Shown here: positions 1 to 10,333 of the stretch, piece after piece
Numbering within the stretch: the stretch's first letter is position 1
Layout: each line of letters starts with the position of its first letter
From: an uncultured delta proteobacterium
GTDB lineage: Bacteria > Desulfobacterota > Syntrophia > Syntrophales > UBA2185
Assembly (NCBI GenBank): GCA_963729715.1
Contig: CAVSPA010000004.1
Location: 192,001 to 256,000 of the forward strand
Reading direction: 5' to 3'
Length of the DNA: 64,000 nucleotides
Notes under the pieces: generated by a model
The model's database searches: none
Seen by the model: only the letters and a program-made list of their open reading frames with translations
What the model was told of the DNA's origin: nothing
Position numbers and translations under genes: made by a program

Positions 1-720
1 CTCATAGATATTGTAGATCCGGACTATGAATTCAATGTATTCGATTATCGGATGAATTTTTTGCGCGTCTTCACTGATATTTGGTCAAGAGGCATAGTTC
101 CGGTCATGGTCGGTGGCACGGGTCTGTATATTGAAGCGGCAATAACGGGATACAGGATGTTGCAAGTTCCGGTAAATACCTCCTTGAGGCAGGAACTGGA
201 AAAAAAGGGGATGAAGGAATTGAGAAGCCGGCTTCTCGAACTTAAACCTGCAGTCCACAATACAACTGATCTCTTGGATCGAAAGCGCCTGATCCGCGCC
301 ATAGAAATCATGGAGCTCACAAAGACTCATAACTATCACGAATCTCATTCTCCCTCGATAGTTGCGTTGGTTCTTGGCCTTCACTGGGAACGTTCCGTAT
401 TACGAGAGAGGATTACAGATCGCCTTCATAAGAGGCTGAAGACCGGCATGATCGAAGAAGTGGAAAAGCTTTATCGGTCCGGTATTGGATGGGAAAAACT
501 CGACTCTTTCGGTCTTGAATATCGTTATATCGGACACTATCTCAGAGGCGTGATGACATATAGTGAGATGTTTCAAAGGCTCAATACGCGCATTCATCAA
601 TTTGCGAAGAGGCAGGAAACATGGTTCCGACGCATGGAGAAAAAAGGCACTGTAATTAACTGGATAAACGGCGATGATTACGGGAAAGCAACTGATATCG
701 TAAACGCGCTGATTAAATAA
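1..720 (+). CDS. miaA: tRNA dimethylallyltransferase (5' truncated by window edge)
   Basis: Frame 1 open from base 1 (LIDIVDPDYEFNVFDY); VGGTGLY, RLIRAIE and FAKRQETW motifs. Confidence 0.95.
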   Translation, partial: LIDIVDPDYEFNVFDYRMNFLRVFTDIWSRGIVPVMVGGTGLYIEAAITGYRMLQVPVNTSLRQELEKKGMKELRSRLLELKPAVHNTTDLLDRKRLIRAIEIMELTKTHNYHESHSPSIVALVLGLHWERSVLRERITDRLHKRLKTGMIEEVEKLYRSGIGWEKLDSFGLEYRYIGHYLRGVMTYSEMFQRLNTRIHQFAKRQETWFRRMEKKGTVINWINGDDYGKATDIVNALIK

Positions 721-890
721 AACGTGCATTTGTCTCGATAAGGGGATATCATAATAAAGTTATCTGCTTTCCGGAATCGTCAGCCGGCTTTTGCGTGAAC
801 AGCGTTCATGTAAAGAACGGAGCTTTAGGCGGTGGGGTGGAGTCCAAAGGATCAAATGCAGATAATTTTATTCCATAGTGGAGGACTACG

Positions 891-1976
891 ATGAGAGATA
901 AGAAATATATCCGCGCCTTGGCTATCCTTTTCTGCCTTGTCATACTTACACTCGGTGGCTGCGGATCAAAAGATGAAAAACAGGCGAGCACACAAACTGA
1001 ACTTCAAAAGCCGGAGGCGCCGCCGTCTGAGGAAACAGGTTCTGCACCTGCCCCTGCGCCGGGAGCTGCACCAACAGGAGGATCTGCAGTTGTCATAGAT
1101 GTGGATGGCTCAAAGCTTACCCAGAGTCAAGTCGAGACAGAAATTAAGAGAATAATGCCTGCAATGAAGAAGCAGATGCCTGCGGGCCGTCTCGATCAGG
1201 CGAAGGCGAATGCGAGAAGGCAGGTCCTTAGTGACTTTACCGTAAAAACACTCCTGACAAACGAGATGAAAAGACTGAACATCAGCGCCAGCGATGCGGA
1301 GGTCAAAGAAGCTGAAGAGCAGGTGAAGAATGATCTTCCTAAAGGCATGACTATTGAGGATCTCATGAAGAAGAATAAGATCAGCAAGCGAGAGATGCAG
1401 GAAGATCTGCGGTTCAGGATAAAGATCGGCAAGCTCGTTATGATGCAGATGTCGGGTAAATCCAAACCGACGGATAAAGAGATAAGTGAATTCTATCAGA
1501 AGAACAGAGACAAATTCAAGATGCCTGAATCTGTGCATGTCAGACATATCCTGATAGCCAAGGCGGCAGGAGACGATGATAAGATCAAGGCGGAAAAGAA
1601 GGCAAAGGCGGAGGACTTACGAAAACAGTTGCTGGCGGGAGCGAATTTTGCGGAAATTGCCAAGAACAATTCTGACTGTCCCAGCAAGGAAACCGGCGGA
1701 GATCTTGGTGTATTCACGCGAGGTGAGATGGTCAAGCAATTTGAAAATGCTGCATTCTCGCAGGAGGTCAATGCCATAGGGCCCGTCGTGGAGACTGAAT
1801 ATGGTTTCCACATAATTCAGGTGCTGGAGCGTCATGCTTCCAAGGCGCTTGCCCTCGATGACCGGATGAAAGGAAATATCTCGGCCTTTCTCGCTCAACA
1901 GAAGCAGCAGGAGGCCTTTGAGGCAATTCTAAAAAAGTTAAGGGACAAGGCCAAAATCACAGTTTATAGAAACTGA
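891..1976 (+). CDS. PrsA/SurA-like parvulin-type peptidyl-prolyl isomerase lipoprotein
   Basis: Lipobox LGGC, SurA-N-like helical region, HVRHILI...GGDLG...YGFHIIQV rotamase motifs; GGAGG RBS. Confidence 0.9.
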   Translation: MRDKKYIRALAILFCLVILTLGGCGSKDEKQASTQTELQKPEAPPSEETGSAPAPAPGAAPTGGSAVVIDVDGSKLTQSQVETEIKRIMPAMKKQMPAGRLDQAKANARRQVLSDFTVKTLLTNEMKRLNISASDAEVKEAEEQVKNDLPKGMTIEDLMKKNKISKREMQEDLRFRIKIGKLVMMQMSGKSKPTDKEISEFYQKNRDKFKMPESVHVRHILIAKAAGDDDKIKAEKKAKAEDLRKQLLAGANFAEIAKNNSDCPSKETGGDLGVFTRGEMVKQFENAAFSQEVNAIGPVVETEYGFHIIQVLERHASKALALDDRMKGNISAFLAQQKQQEAFEAILKKLRDKAKITVYRN

Positions 1977-2122
1977 AAGAGCGTCGGTCGCCGCATGCAG
2001 GAATTGAGATGGCGGATAGACTCAAGCCATGCATTTGCATCAGCGAATAATCTTTCACATCGATATATTGGCCGGCAAATACCGTTTGTACCAAGACCCA
2101 GTCATGTCCGAGGATACTCCAC

Positions 2123-4291
2123 ATGGAAAGAAGCGAGGCCCGCAAAGAAATTGAAAAAAATGGATTAATTATAATATCCATCGCTGCCGTGCTGATATAT
2201 TGGTTCTTTGATTCATTGCTTTCGGGAGTCGTTTTCGTGCGTCTGTTAATAGCGAGTCTGATTGTTACCTACGGCACATTCACCCAGTATTTGATCAATT
2301 CTCACAAGGCCATTCACAGCGCACTGCAGACGGCACATAACGGCATGGAAGAGCAGGTGAAGGCGAGAACCACCGAATTGGTGACGGCAAATGAGGAATT
2401 AAAGAGGAGCGAGAAACTATTTCACACCCTGGCGCAGGTATCGCCTGTCGGTATCTTCCGCACTGATGCTCAAGGAGACTTTATATACGTAAACGAGCGC
2501 TGGTGTGACATTGCCGGCATCCCAATAGAAGGGGCGCTGGGAAAGAATTGGGCAGACGCGGTTCGTTCCGAAGAGAGGGAGAGTGTCGTCCGGAAATGGT
2601 ACGGAAGCGTCCAGGGAAATCGTCCGTTTAACCTGGAACATCAATTTTGCCGACCGGACGGCTCCTCGACATGGGTGCTCGGTCAAGTTACTGCCGAGTT
2701 GAGCGATGACGGTGAAATAAGCGGCTTTGTCGGGACTATCACGGATATTACGGAGAGAAAGCGGGCTGAAGAAGAGCGTATGCATCTGGCCACGGCCATT
2801 GAACAGACGGCTGAAGGTCTCATAGTAACTAATAGGGATTGGCTAATCCAGTACGTCAACCCGGCTGTCGAGCGCATGACCGGCTACAGTAAGAGCGAGC
2901 TCATGGGCCAGCATAGCGAGATCCTCAAGAGTGATAAGCATGACAGGGCCTTTCATAATAATATACGGGATACCCTCGCGCGCGGCGAGGTATGGGCAGG
3001 GCATCTGGTGAACAGAAGAAAGGATGGCTCTTTCTACGAAACTGAGGTTACGTCTTCACCTGTTCTGGACAGCGCGGGCAATATAATAAACTATGTAAGC
3101 ATCCTCCGTGATATTACGCGTGAGGTGAGGCTTGAGAGGGAGCTCCGCCAGGCGCATAAGATGGAGGCCATAGGGACATTGGCCGGCGGCATAGCGCATG
3201 ACTTTAACAACATCCTGATGGCTATTATCGGCTACACGGAGATGGCGCTTTATAAAATTCCCGAGGGGACGACTCAGGTGCGGCGAGACCTGGAGCAGGT
3301 ACTCAAGGCCGGTTATAGGGCGAGAGACCTCGTAAACCAGATCCTTACCTTCAGCCACCAGTCCGATCAGGAGCGAAAAGTCATAGACATAGTACCTACC
3401 GTTAAAGAGGCGCTCAAGCTCTTGCGCTCTTCGTTGCCGAGCACCATTGAGATTCGTCAGGACATCGCAATTCCACCGGAAAAAGGGGTAATTCTAGCTG
3501 ATCCGACTCAGATCCATCAGGTGTTGATGAACCTTTGCACTAATGCAGCTCATGCAATGCGGGATAAAGGCGGCATATTGAGCGTTAGCTTGTCGAGTGT
3601 CAAGGCCGACGGGTATCTCGTTTCCCGCTATCCCGATTTGAAGCCGGGGCCTTATGTGAGACTAACAGTCGGCGATACGGGCCATGGAGTGGACCCGTCG
3701 ATATTAGAACGGATATTCGATCCGTATTTTACTACCAAGGGGCCGGGCGAGGGAACGGGGATGGGGCTTGCCGTCGTGCTGGGCATTGTCAAAAGACATG
3801 GGGGGATGATTACTGTTCACAGTGAAATTGGCAAAGGGACCACTTTCCATGCGGTTTTTCCCAGGATTGAGCAGGAGATTGCCCGGGAAGCTATGGTGGC
3901 GGAAGTGCTGCCTACGGGGAGTGAGAGAATCTTGTTCGTTGACGATGAAAAGCCCCTTGTTGATCTGGGGAAGGGAATGTTGGAGTCGCTTGGTTACAGG
4001 GTTACCATCAAAACGAGCAGTCTGGAAGCCCTCGAAACCTTCCGCGCCAAGCCTGATGCATTTGACCTGATCATCACCGATGTAACCATGCCGGGCATGA
4101 CAGGTATAGAGCTGGCAAAGGAAGTAATGGCCGTCCGGCCTGATATTCCAATTATATTGTGCACCGGATTCAGCGAACTCATAAACGAAAAGCAGGCCAA
4201 AGAAATGGGGATCAGGGAGTTTGTCATGAAGCCCTTTGTGATCGGCAAGCATGCTAAGACCATTCGCAGGGTACTGGAGCAGAAGCGATAA
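2123..4291 (+). CDS. Membrane-anchored PAS-PAS hybrid histidine kinase/response regulator
   Basis: 2 TM helices, two PAS domains, H-box GIAHDFNN, N/G boxes, C-terminal receiver (VDDE...TD..MP...K). Confidence 0.93.
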   Translation: MERSEARKEIEKNGLIIISIAAVLIYWFFDSLLSGVVFVRLLIASLIVTYGTFTQYLINSHKAIHSALQTAHNGMEEQVKARTTELVTANEELKRSEKLFHTLAQVSPVGIFRTDAQGDFIYVNERWCDIAGIPIEGALGKNWADAVRSEERESVVRKWYGSVQGNRPFNLEHQFCRPDGSSTWVLGQVTAELSDDGEISGFVGTITDITERKRAEEERMHLATAIEQTAEGLIVTNRDWLIQYVNPAVERMTGYSKSELMGQHSEILKSDKHDRAFHNNIRDTLARGEVWAGHLVNRRKDGSFYETEVTSSPVLDSAGNIINYVSILRDITREVRLERELRQAHKMEAIGTLAGGIAHDFNNILMAIIGYTEMALYKIPEGTTQVRRDLEQVLKAGYRARDLVNQILTFSHQSDQERKVIDIVPTVKEALKLLRSSLPSTIEIRQDIAIPPEKGVILADPTQIHQVLMNLCTNAAHAMRDKGGILSVSLSSVKADGYLVSRYPDLKPGPYVRLTVGDTGHGVDPSILERIFDPYFTTKGPGEGTGMGLAVVLGIVKRHGGMITVHSEIGKGTTFHAVFPRIEQEIAREAMVAEVLPTGSERILFVDDEKPLVDLGKGMLESLGYRVTIKTSSLEALETFRAKPDAFDLIITDVTMPGMTGIELAKEVMAVRPDIPIILCTGFSELINEKQAKEMGIREFVMKPFVIGKHAKTIRRVLEQKR

Positions 4292-4342
4292 CGTCACGGA
4301 ATCTGCAAGTCTGCCGCAATAATATATGGCAGACAGCATAGC

Positions 4343-5158
4343 TCAGAATGAGTGCTTCTTTTCGGGGAAACTACCCTTTCTCACATCGTCGATATATTGA
4401 TTGACAGCATCCTTCATCTGCGCATCAAGACGTGTATATATCTTGACAAATTTTGGTATGAACCTGTCAAACATTCCCACCATGTCATGAAGTACCAGCA
4501 CCTGACCGTCACAGTCAACGCCGGCGCCTATGCCTATCGTGGGAATCGTAAGCGATTGTGTTACCGTCTTTGCCAGTGTTGCCGGCACACATTCTAATAC
4601 GATCGAAAATGCCCCGGCTTCTTCGAGGATTTTTGCATCTTCAATGATTCTCTTGGCTGCCTGCTGCTCTTTTCCCTGAACCTTGTATCCTCCAAACTGA
4701 TGAACGGATTGCGGCGTCAGGCCGAGGTGTGCCATGACGGGGATTCCTGCTGAAGTCATCCGTCTGGTGATTTCGGCCATCTCTCTGCCTCCTTCCAGTT
4801 TGACACCCTGGGCGCCTGCTTCCTGAAGAAAACGGCCGGCGTTATAAAGCGCATCTTCAGGAGAGACCTGGTAGGACATAAACGGCATATCACCGACGAC
4901 CATCGCATGCTTGACTGCGCGGGACACTGCCTTCGTGTGATGAATCATTTCGTCCATGGTAACGGGCAACGTGCTGTCATAGCCTAACACGACCATGCCT
5001 AACGTATCTCCGACAAGGACGACGTCAATGCCTGCATCGTCCACTATGAGAGCCGTTGGATAATCGTAAGCCGTTAACATGCATATCTTTTCATTCTTTT
5101 TTTTCATGTCGCGAATCACGGCAGTAGTGATTCTATTCGTGCTCGTCTGCGTGCTCAT
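4343..5158 (-). CDS. panB: 3-methyl-2-oxobutanoate hydroxymethyltransferase
   Basis: [41 protein letters not shown] motifs. Confidence 0.97.
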   Translation of the reverse strand: MSTQTSTNRITTAVIRDMKKKNEKICMLTAYDYPTALIVDDAGIDVVLVGDTLGMVVLGYDSTLPVTMDEMIHHTKAVSRAVKHAMVVGDMPFMSYQVSPEDALYNAGRFLQEAGAQGVKLEGGREMAEITRRMTSAGIPVMAHLGLTPQSVHQFGGYKVQGKEQQAAKRIIEDAKILEEAGAFSIVLECVPATLAKTVTQSLTIPTIGIGAGVDCDGQVLVLHDMVGMFDRFIPKFVKIYTRLDAQMKDAVNQYIDDVRKGSFPEKKHSF

Positions 5159-5167
5159 TTCGTCACC

Positions 5168-6052
5168 TCACGTTAGTAGTTCTTTAATTATCCGGGCAGT
5201 TTCAAGAGACAATGTCTTCTTCTTCAATCCAAGGTCGCAAGTCAGGATGCCAAGTGCGCTATATGCCTGCAAGAGGGCCGGCAGCTTCTGTCGCAAGACC
5301 TCTGTGTGTTTTCTTATGGTACCTGCATCTCCGCGTGCTACGGGTCCCGTCAGCGCTTGAACCGTGCCCTTTGTCTTGATATTAGCGATCGTACCCATAA
5401 CGAGGGGCCAGATGGCCCGAATGGTGTCCTCACGGTTCAGACCTAGTGATTGATAAATTTCTTCTACCATATGGATCAGGGTCGTCAAATAGTTTGAAGC
5501 CATGCAGGCAGCGGCATGGTAGAGGGGTTTGTCAGCATCGGAAATGAAGAATGGTATACCGCCGAGATCCCTGACCATTTGTATGGACCACTCCTTGATT
5601 TCATCTTCCGAAGTAATTCCGAATGTGCTGCCGGGAATATTCTTGACAGCGCCGTCTACATCGGCAAAGGACTGCAGCGGATGTATACAAGCGATGTGAG
5701 CCCCGGCATCCTGCGCAGACTCAAGAAGCTCAAGACCTCCCGCACCGCTCATGTGGATGACTTTGGCGCCGGGCCTTATGCCTCCGTCACTCGATATTTT
5801 CATGCATACCTGCGCAATAGCGTCATCCGGCGTTGTAATAATTATACAATCGGCCGCAAGAGCGGCCTCAGAAAAATTCAGATACGGCCTGCCCCCTGTA
5901 TAGACCATGCCCTGAGACAAGGATGCCTTCGACCTGCTGGCAACGGCAACTATAGTGTATCCCGCGTGGCGGAGAAGAAAGCCAACCGCCGTACCCACCT
6001 TACCGAGGCCGAGGATGGCAACAGCGTCCCTTGTTATTTCTTGAGTATTCAT
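5168..6052 (-). CDS. Rossmann-like + DUF2520 protein, probable PanG-type ketopantoate reductase
   Basis: GLGKVG, HMSGA, HPLQSF, YHAAACMASN, LTGPVARGD; directly upstream of panB. Confidence 0.85.
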   Translation of the reverse strand: MNTQEITRDAVAILGLGKVGTAVGFLLRHAGYTIVAVASRSKASLSQGMVYTGGRPYLNFSEAALAADCIIITTPDDAIAQVCMKISSDGGIRPGAKVIHMSGAGGLELLESAQDAGAHIACIHPLQSFADVDGAVKNIPGSTFGITSEDEIKEWSIQMVRDLGGIPFFISDADKPLYHAAACMASNYLTTLIHMVEEIYQSLGLNREDTIRAIWPLVMGTIANIKTKGTVQALTGPVARGDAGTIRKHTEVLRQKLPALLQAYSALGILTCDLGLKKKTLSLETARIIKELLT

Positions 6053-6072
6053 AATTAAAAGTTTATAAAATC

Positions 6073-6106
6073 AAAAAGGCCTTCCGGATAGACGCCGGAC
6101 GGCCTT
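6073..6106 (-). terminator. Intrinsic terminator/attenuator in the pan operon leader
   Basis: Minus strand AAGGCC-g-UCCGG-cgucuau-CCGGA-a-GGCCUUUUU, about 20 nt upstream of the DUF2520 start. Confidence 0.75.
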
Positions 6107-6133
6107 AAGATAAAAACACTCTTAGTTGACCAT

Positions 6134-6168
6134 TCCGTCTCGGTCCATCCGTTGCGGATCCAAGCGGA
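6134..6168 (-). promoter_or_regulatory. pan RNA motif-like hairpin (cis-regulatory leader of pantothenate genes)
   Basis: UCCG-CUUGG-A-UCC-loop-GGA-CCGAG-A-CGGA: stem with two bulged A residues in the 5' UTR of panG-panB. Confidence 0.75.
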
Positions 6169-6302
6169 CAGACGCTTATTAGCATAAAGTGTTTCAAGGA
6201 GTCAATAGAACAAATTAGCGGCACATACAGAGTTATTGTCATCTTGTAATTGCCTGACCTGTCATATATAAGAACTTTTATGGAAATTAGAGAGCCTGTA
6301 GG

Positions 6303-6947
6303 ATGAAACATATTGAACTCATGATATTTGATTTGGATGGGACCCTTGTCAACTCCGGAGGGGACATCGTCACGTCCGTTAATTACACCCTCGAGAGCCT
6401 GGATATACAGGCAAAAAGCCAGGAGGAGATTTTCACTTTTGTGGGGGATGGTGCCAACAAAATGATCGAAAGGGCCCTCGGCAGGGATTTTCAATATCTC
6501 TTCGATGGGGCGATGGATATTTTTTCGGATTATTATGCGAGGCACATGCTCGATACGACATGCCTGTGCGAGTCCGTCATCGAAGTACTCGACCACTTCC
6601 GCGAGAAGAAAAAAGTTATTATTACGAATAAGCGGAGATATTTTACGCTCAAGATGACGGACGCCCTCGGCATCTCAAAATACTTCGAAGATATTATCGG
6701 GGCTGACAGTACAGCATACAAAAAGCCTGACCCTCGCCTGTTTACTCCTCTTCTGGAAAGGGTTCATGCGGTCCGTGATGATACAGTCGTCGTAGGCGAT
6801 GGCGTGAACGACATAATGCTCGCAAAAAATACGGGCGTATTGAGTTGTGCCCTTTTGAACGGGCTTACACGCAGAGACATACTGCTCGCTCTCGATCCCG
6901 ATTATGCATGTGAAGGACTCCGGGAACTAATTAAGATATTTTACTGA
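6303..6947 (+). CDS. HAD-superfamily hydrolase (phosphoglycolate phosphatase-like)
   Basis: FDLDGTLV motif I, TNK, KKPDP, VGDGVND. Confidence 0.9.
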   Translation: MKHIELMIFDLDGTLVNSGGDIVTSVNYTLESLDIQAKSQEEIFTFVGDGANKMIERALGRDFQYLFDGAMDIFSDYYARHMLDTTCLCESVIEVLDHFREKKKVIITNKRRYFTLKMTDALGISKYFEDIIGADSTAYKKPDPRLFTPLLERVHAVRDDTVVVGDGVNDIMLAKNTGVLSCALLNGLTRRDILLALDPDYACEGLRELIKIFY

Positions 6948-6970
6948 AATCTGCGCTATATCTGTCACGT

Positions 6971-8368
6971 ATGATTGGAAAGATTAAAGACGCCATAAAA
7001 GAGAATCATCTCCTCGACCCGGGGGAAAAGGTTGTTGTAGCCGTCTCTGGGGGATCCGATTCCGTCGCCCTGCTGAAAGTACTGGAGATGCTCTCCTATG
7101 AATACAGGCTCACTCTAATTGTGGCGCATCTTAATCATGGACTCAGGAGAGAGGCTCCCCTCGAAGAGCAATTCGTACGCAGAATGGCCCAAGACATGGG
7201 ATTAGTATTTGAAAGTAAATCCCTCGATATCAGATCGTTAGGACAAGGAGCCGGTAAGTGCATGGAAGACACAAGCCGGGAAGTGAGATACGATTTTCTA
7301 AATGACGTTGCCAAGAAATACGGTGCACGGAAAATCGCCTTGGGGCATCATACGAATGATCAGACCGAGACTGTGCTGATGAATTTTTTGCGGGGAAGCG
7401 GTCCGACAGGATTAAAGGGCATGCTGCCCGCCAGAGATTCAACATATATCAGGCCTCTTCTTGGTGTGACGAGGGACGAAATAATATCGTTTCTCGCATC
7501 CCATGGATTACCGTTTGTCACCGACGCATCCAATGCGGATCAGCGTTACCTGCGAAACCGGATAAGGCATGCATTGATACCTCTGCTCACGGCAAGATAT
7601 AATCCGAAATTGGACGAAAGTATAAAGAGTATGGCCGAGATCATGCGCGTAGAAGACGATTATATGGAAATGGTAACCGCTGCGGTGCTGTCTTTATGGC
7701 GTGTGGCGCCAGCTGATAGAAAGTTTGAGATTTGTATATCTGACTTCTTGGAATATCACGAAGCTATTCAGAGAAGGATTATGAAACATCTGTTGGAAAG
7801 GTTAAGCACGAATGGTAAGGGTATTGGCTTCACCCACATAAGAGCCGCTTTGGGACTATTCCGTTCTTATCGCCCAGGTGTTCGTGTGAATCTGCCCTGT
7901 AATATAGAGGTAAGGCGCGAATATGATACTGTTGTCATTTCCAGGAGAGACGTCGGTGAAGAAGAAATTCTAAATAAGAGATGGAATGATCTCTATTACG
8001 AGGTTACCCCTCCGGCCTCTGTGAAAATGGCGGAACTGGGAAGGACAATGATATTTGAGTTCGCAGAAGGTCCGATTGATGGGATAAGAAACGCCCGAGA
8101 TGCCGTTTTCATGGACTACGGCAGGATATCTCCACCCCTGGTCATAAGAACTGTCAGACCGGGTGACAGGATGCAGCCCCTCGGCATGAAAGGAATGAAA
8201 AAAATAAAGTCTGTCATGATTGACGGAAAGATACCCATCCGCCATAGAAAGGAGATTCCCCTGGTACTCGATCAGCAGGCAGTGCTCTGGATTGCCGGAC
8301 TGCGACTTAGTGAACGTGTTAAGATAACAGAAAAAACAAGACAGATACTCAAAGTAGAATTTATTTGA
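6971..8368 (+). CDS. tilS: tRNA(Ile)-lysidine synthetase
   Basis: AVSGGSDS PP-loop, HLNHGLR, GHH.NDQ.ET, RPLL, RNRIR; upstream of ftsH. Confidence 0.96.
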   Translation: MIGKIKDAIKENHLLDPGEKVVVAVSGGSDSVALLKVLEMLSYEYRLTLIVAHLNHGLRREAPLEEQFVRRMAQDMGLVFESKSLDIRSLGQGAGKCMEDTSREVRYDFLNDVAKKYGARKIALGHHTNDQTETVLMNFLRGSGPTGLKGMLPARDSTYIRPLLGVTRDEIISFLASHGLPFVTDASNADQRYLRNRIRHALIPLLTARYNPKLDESIKSMAEIMRVEDDYMEMVTAAVLSLWRVAPADRKFEICISDFLEYHEAIQRRIMKHLLERLSTNGKGIGFTHIRAALGLFRSYRPGVRVNLPCNIEVRREYDTVVISRRDVGEEEILNKRWNDLYYEVTPPASVKMAELGRTMIFEFAEGPIDGIRNARDAVFMDYGRISPPLVIRTVRPGDRMQPLGMKGMKKIKSVMIDGKIPIRHRKEIPLVLDQQAVLWIAGLRLSERVKITEKTRQILKVEFI

Positions 8369-8463
8369 AATAATGCCCTTGTTAATGTAGTGGTAGATTA
8401 ATAACTCGGAAATGGTATTTTGGTGTCGTTCGCGCACATGCGGGAGGCCACAGGGAGGTAATA

Positions 8464-10296
8464 TTGAATTCATTGCAGAAAAACATAGCGCTCTGGCTCT
8501 TTATCAGTCTGGTTTTCGTGCTGCTCTACCATCTTTTCAATCAGCCGAAGAGTGCACAGGAAAATATCATCTATAGTGATTTTGTAAGCTACGCAGAAAA
8601 GGGGCAGATCGTTGAAGTGACTATACAGGGCGAAGGTATCACAGGCAAGCTCAACAGTGGCAAGAATTTCAAGACATATGCGCCAAAAGATGCGGGGCTG
8701 CTCCAGATCCTGAAGGATAAGGGTGTACGGATTGCATCAAAGCCTGCAGAAGAGTCTCCCTGGTATATGAATGTCCTGATTTCCTGGGTACCCATGCTGT
8801 TGCTCATAGGCGTATGGATATTCTTCATGCGCCAGATGCAGGCCGGCGGGGGCAAGGCCATGGCATTCGGCAAGAGCAAGGCCCGTCTCGTTACTGACAA
8901 ATCGAAAAAAGTGACCTTTGCCGATGTGGCAGGTATAGACGAGGCCAAAGCGGAACTGGAGGAAGTAATTGAGTTCCTCAGGGATCCCAAAAAGTTTACG
9001 CGGCTCGGTGGCAGAATTCCCAAAGGCCTTCTTCTCGTTGGCCAGCCGGGTACGGGGAAAACACTGCTTGCGAAGGCGATTGCCGGCGAGGCAGAGGTGC
9101 CTTTTCTCAGCATAAGCGGATCTGATTTTGTCGAGATGTTCGTCGGCGTGGGAGCTTCGCGTGTGCGGGACCTCTTCGACCAGGGTAAAAAGAACGCTCC
9201 ATGTATCATTTTTATTGATGAAATCGACGCAGTAGGGAGGCATAGGGGCGCTGGTCTCGGAGGAGGCCACGATGAGAGGGAACAGACCTTGAATCAGCTT
9301 CTCGTGGAAATGGACGGGTTCGAATCAAATGAAGGAGTAATTCTCGTTTCCGCAACAAACCGGCCTGATGTGCTTGATCCTGCACTCCTGAGACCCGGCA
9401 GGTTTGACCGGCAGGTAGTCGTTCCTCTTCCCGATGTCAAAGGCAGGGAAAAGATATTGGAGGTGCATACGAGAAAGACGCCACTGGCGGAGGACATTGA
9501 TTTTGCCGTTATAGCGAGAGGCACACCCGGGTTTTCCGGTGCAGATATAGAAAATCTTGTTAATGAGTCGGTTCTTTATGCTGCGAGATACGGTAAAGAT
9601 AAGGTGCATATGAGCGACTTCGAGTTTGCCAAAGACAAGGTCATGATGGGTGCGGAAAGAAAAAGCATGGTGATAAGTATTGAGGAGAGGAAGAACACGG
9701 CTTACCACGAATCAGGCCATGCCTTGGTGGCGAGACTCTTGCCGGGAAGTGATCCTATCCATAAGGTTACAATAATTCCGAGGGGCATGGCGCTCGGCCT
9801 TACACAGCAATTGCCCGTGGACGAAAAACATACGTATCCCAAACAGTATCTCTTGAACAATATAACCATTCTCTTAGGGGGCAGGGCAGCGGAAGAGTTG
9901 ATATTGAATGAATTTACTACGGGTTCCGGAAACGATATTGAGAGGGCCACGAACTTAGCAAGGAAAATGGTATGTGAGTGGGGCATGAGCGATTCAATGG
10001 GGCCGCTCAGCTACGGGAAAAAAGAAGAGCAGATATTTCTCGGTCGTGAATTTGCCACGCATAAAGATTACAGTGAAGAGACAGCGCAAAGGATTGATAA
10101 GGAAGTAACACGCTTGGTATCGGAGAGCTACGAAAAAGCAAAGAAACTGTTATCAGACCACATCGATATATTGAACAGGATCGCAGCGGCCCTTCTCGAG
10201 AAGGAGGTATTGAACACTATGGAACTCGACGAAATCATACAAATGAAGGAGGGGGATGTGGCAGAAAGCGGGAATACGATACCAAGAGAGGATTAG
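8464..10296 (+). CDS. ftsH: ATP-dependent zinc metalloprotease FtsH (TTG start)
   Basis: 2 [10 protein letters not shown] Walker [31 protein letters not shown] before TTG. Confidence 0.97.
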   Translation: MNSLQKNIALWLFISLVFVLLYHLFNQPKSAQENIIYSDFVSYAEKGQIVEVTIQGEGITGKLNSGKNFKTYAPKDAGLLQILKDKGVRIASKPAEESPWYMNVLISWVPMLLLIGVWIFFMRQMQAGGGKAMAFGKSKARLVTDKSKKVTFADVAGIDEAKAELEEVIEFLRDPKKFTRLGGRIPKGLLLVGQPGTGKTLLAKAIAGEAEVPFLSISGSDFVEMFVGVGASRVRDLFDQGKKNAPCIIFIDEIDAVGRHRGAGLGGGHDEREQTLNQLLVEMDGFESNEGVILVSATNRPDVLDPALLRPGRFDRQVVVPLPDVKGREKILEVHTRKTPLAEDIDFAVIARGTPGFSGADIENLVNESVLYAARYGKDKVHMSDFEFAKDKVMMGAERKSMVISIEERKNTAYHESGHALVARLLPGSDPIHKVTIIPRGMALGLTQQLPVDEKHTYPKQYLLNNITILLGGRAAEELILNEFTTGSGNDIERATNLARKMVCEWGMSDSMGPLSYGKKEEQIFLGREFATHKDYSEETAQRIDKEVTRLVSESYEKAKKLLSDHIDILNRIAAALLEKEVLNTMELDEIIQMKEGDVAESGNTIPRED

Positions 10297-10333
10297 ACTA
10301 ACCATTGAAGCCCCCTTCTCTAAATTTTATACA

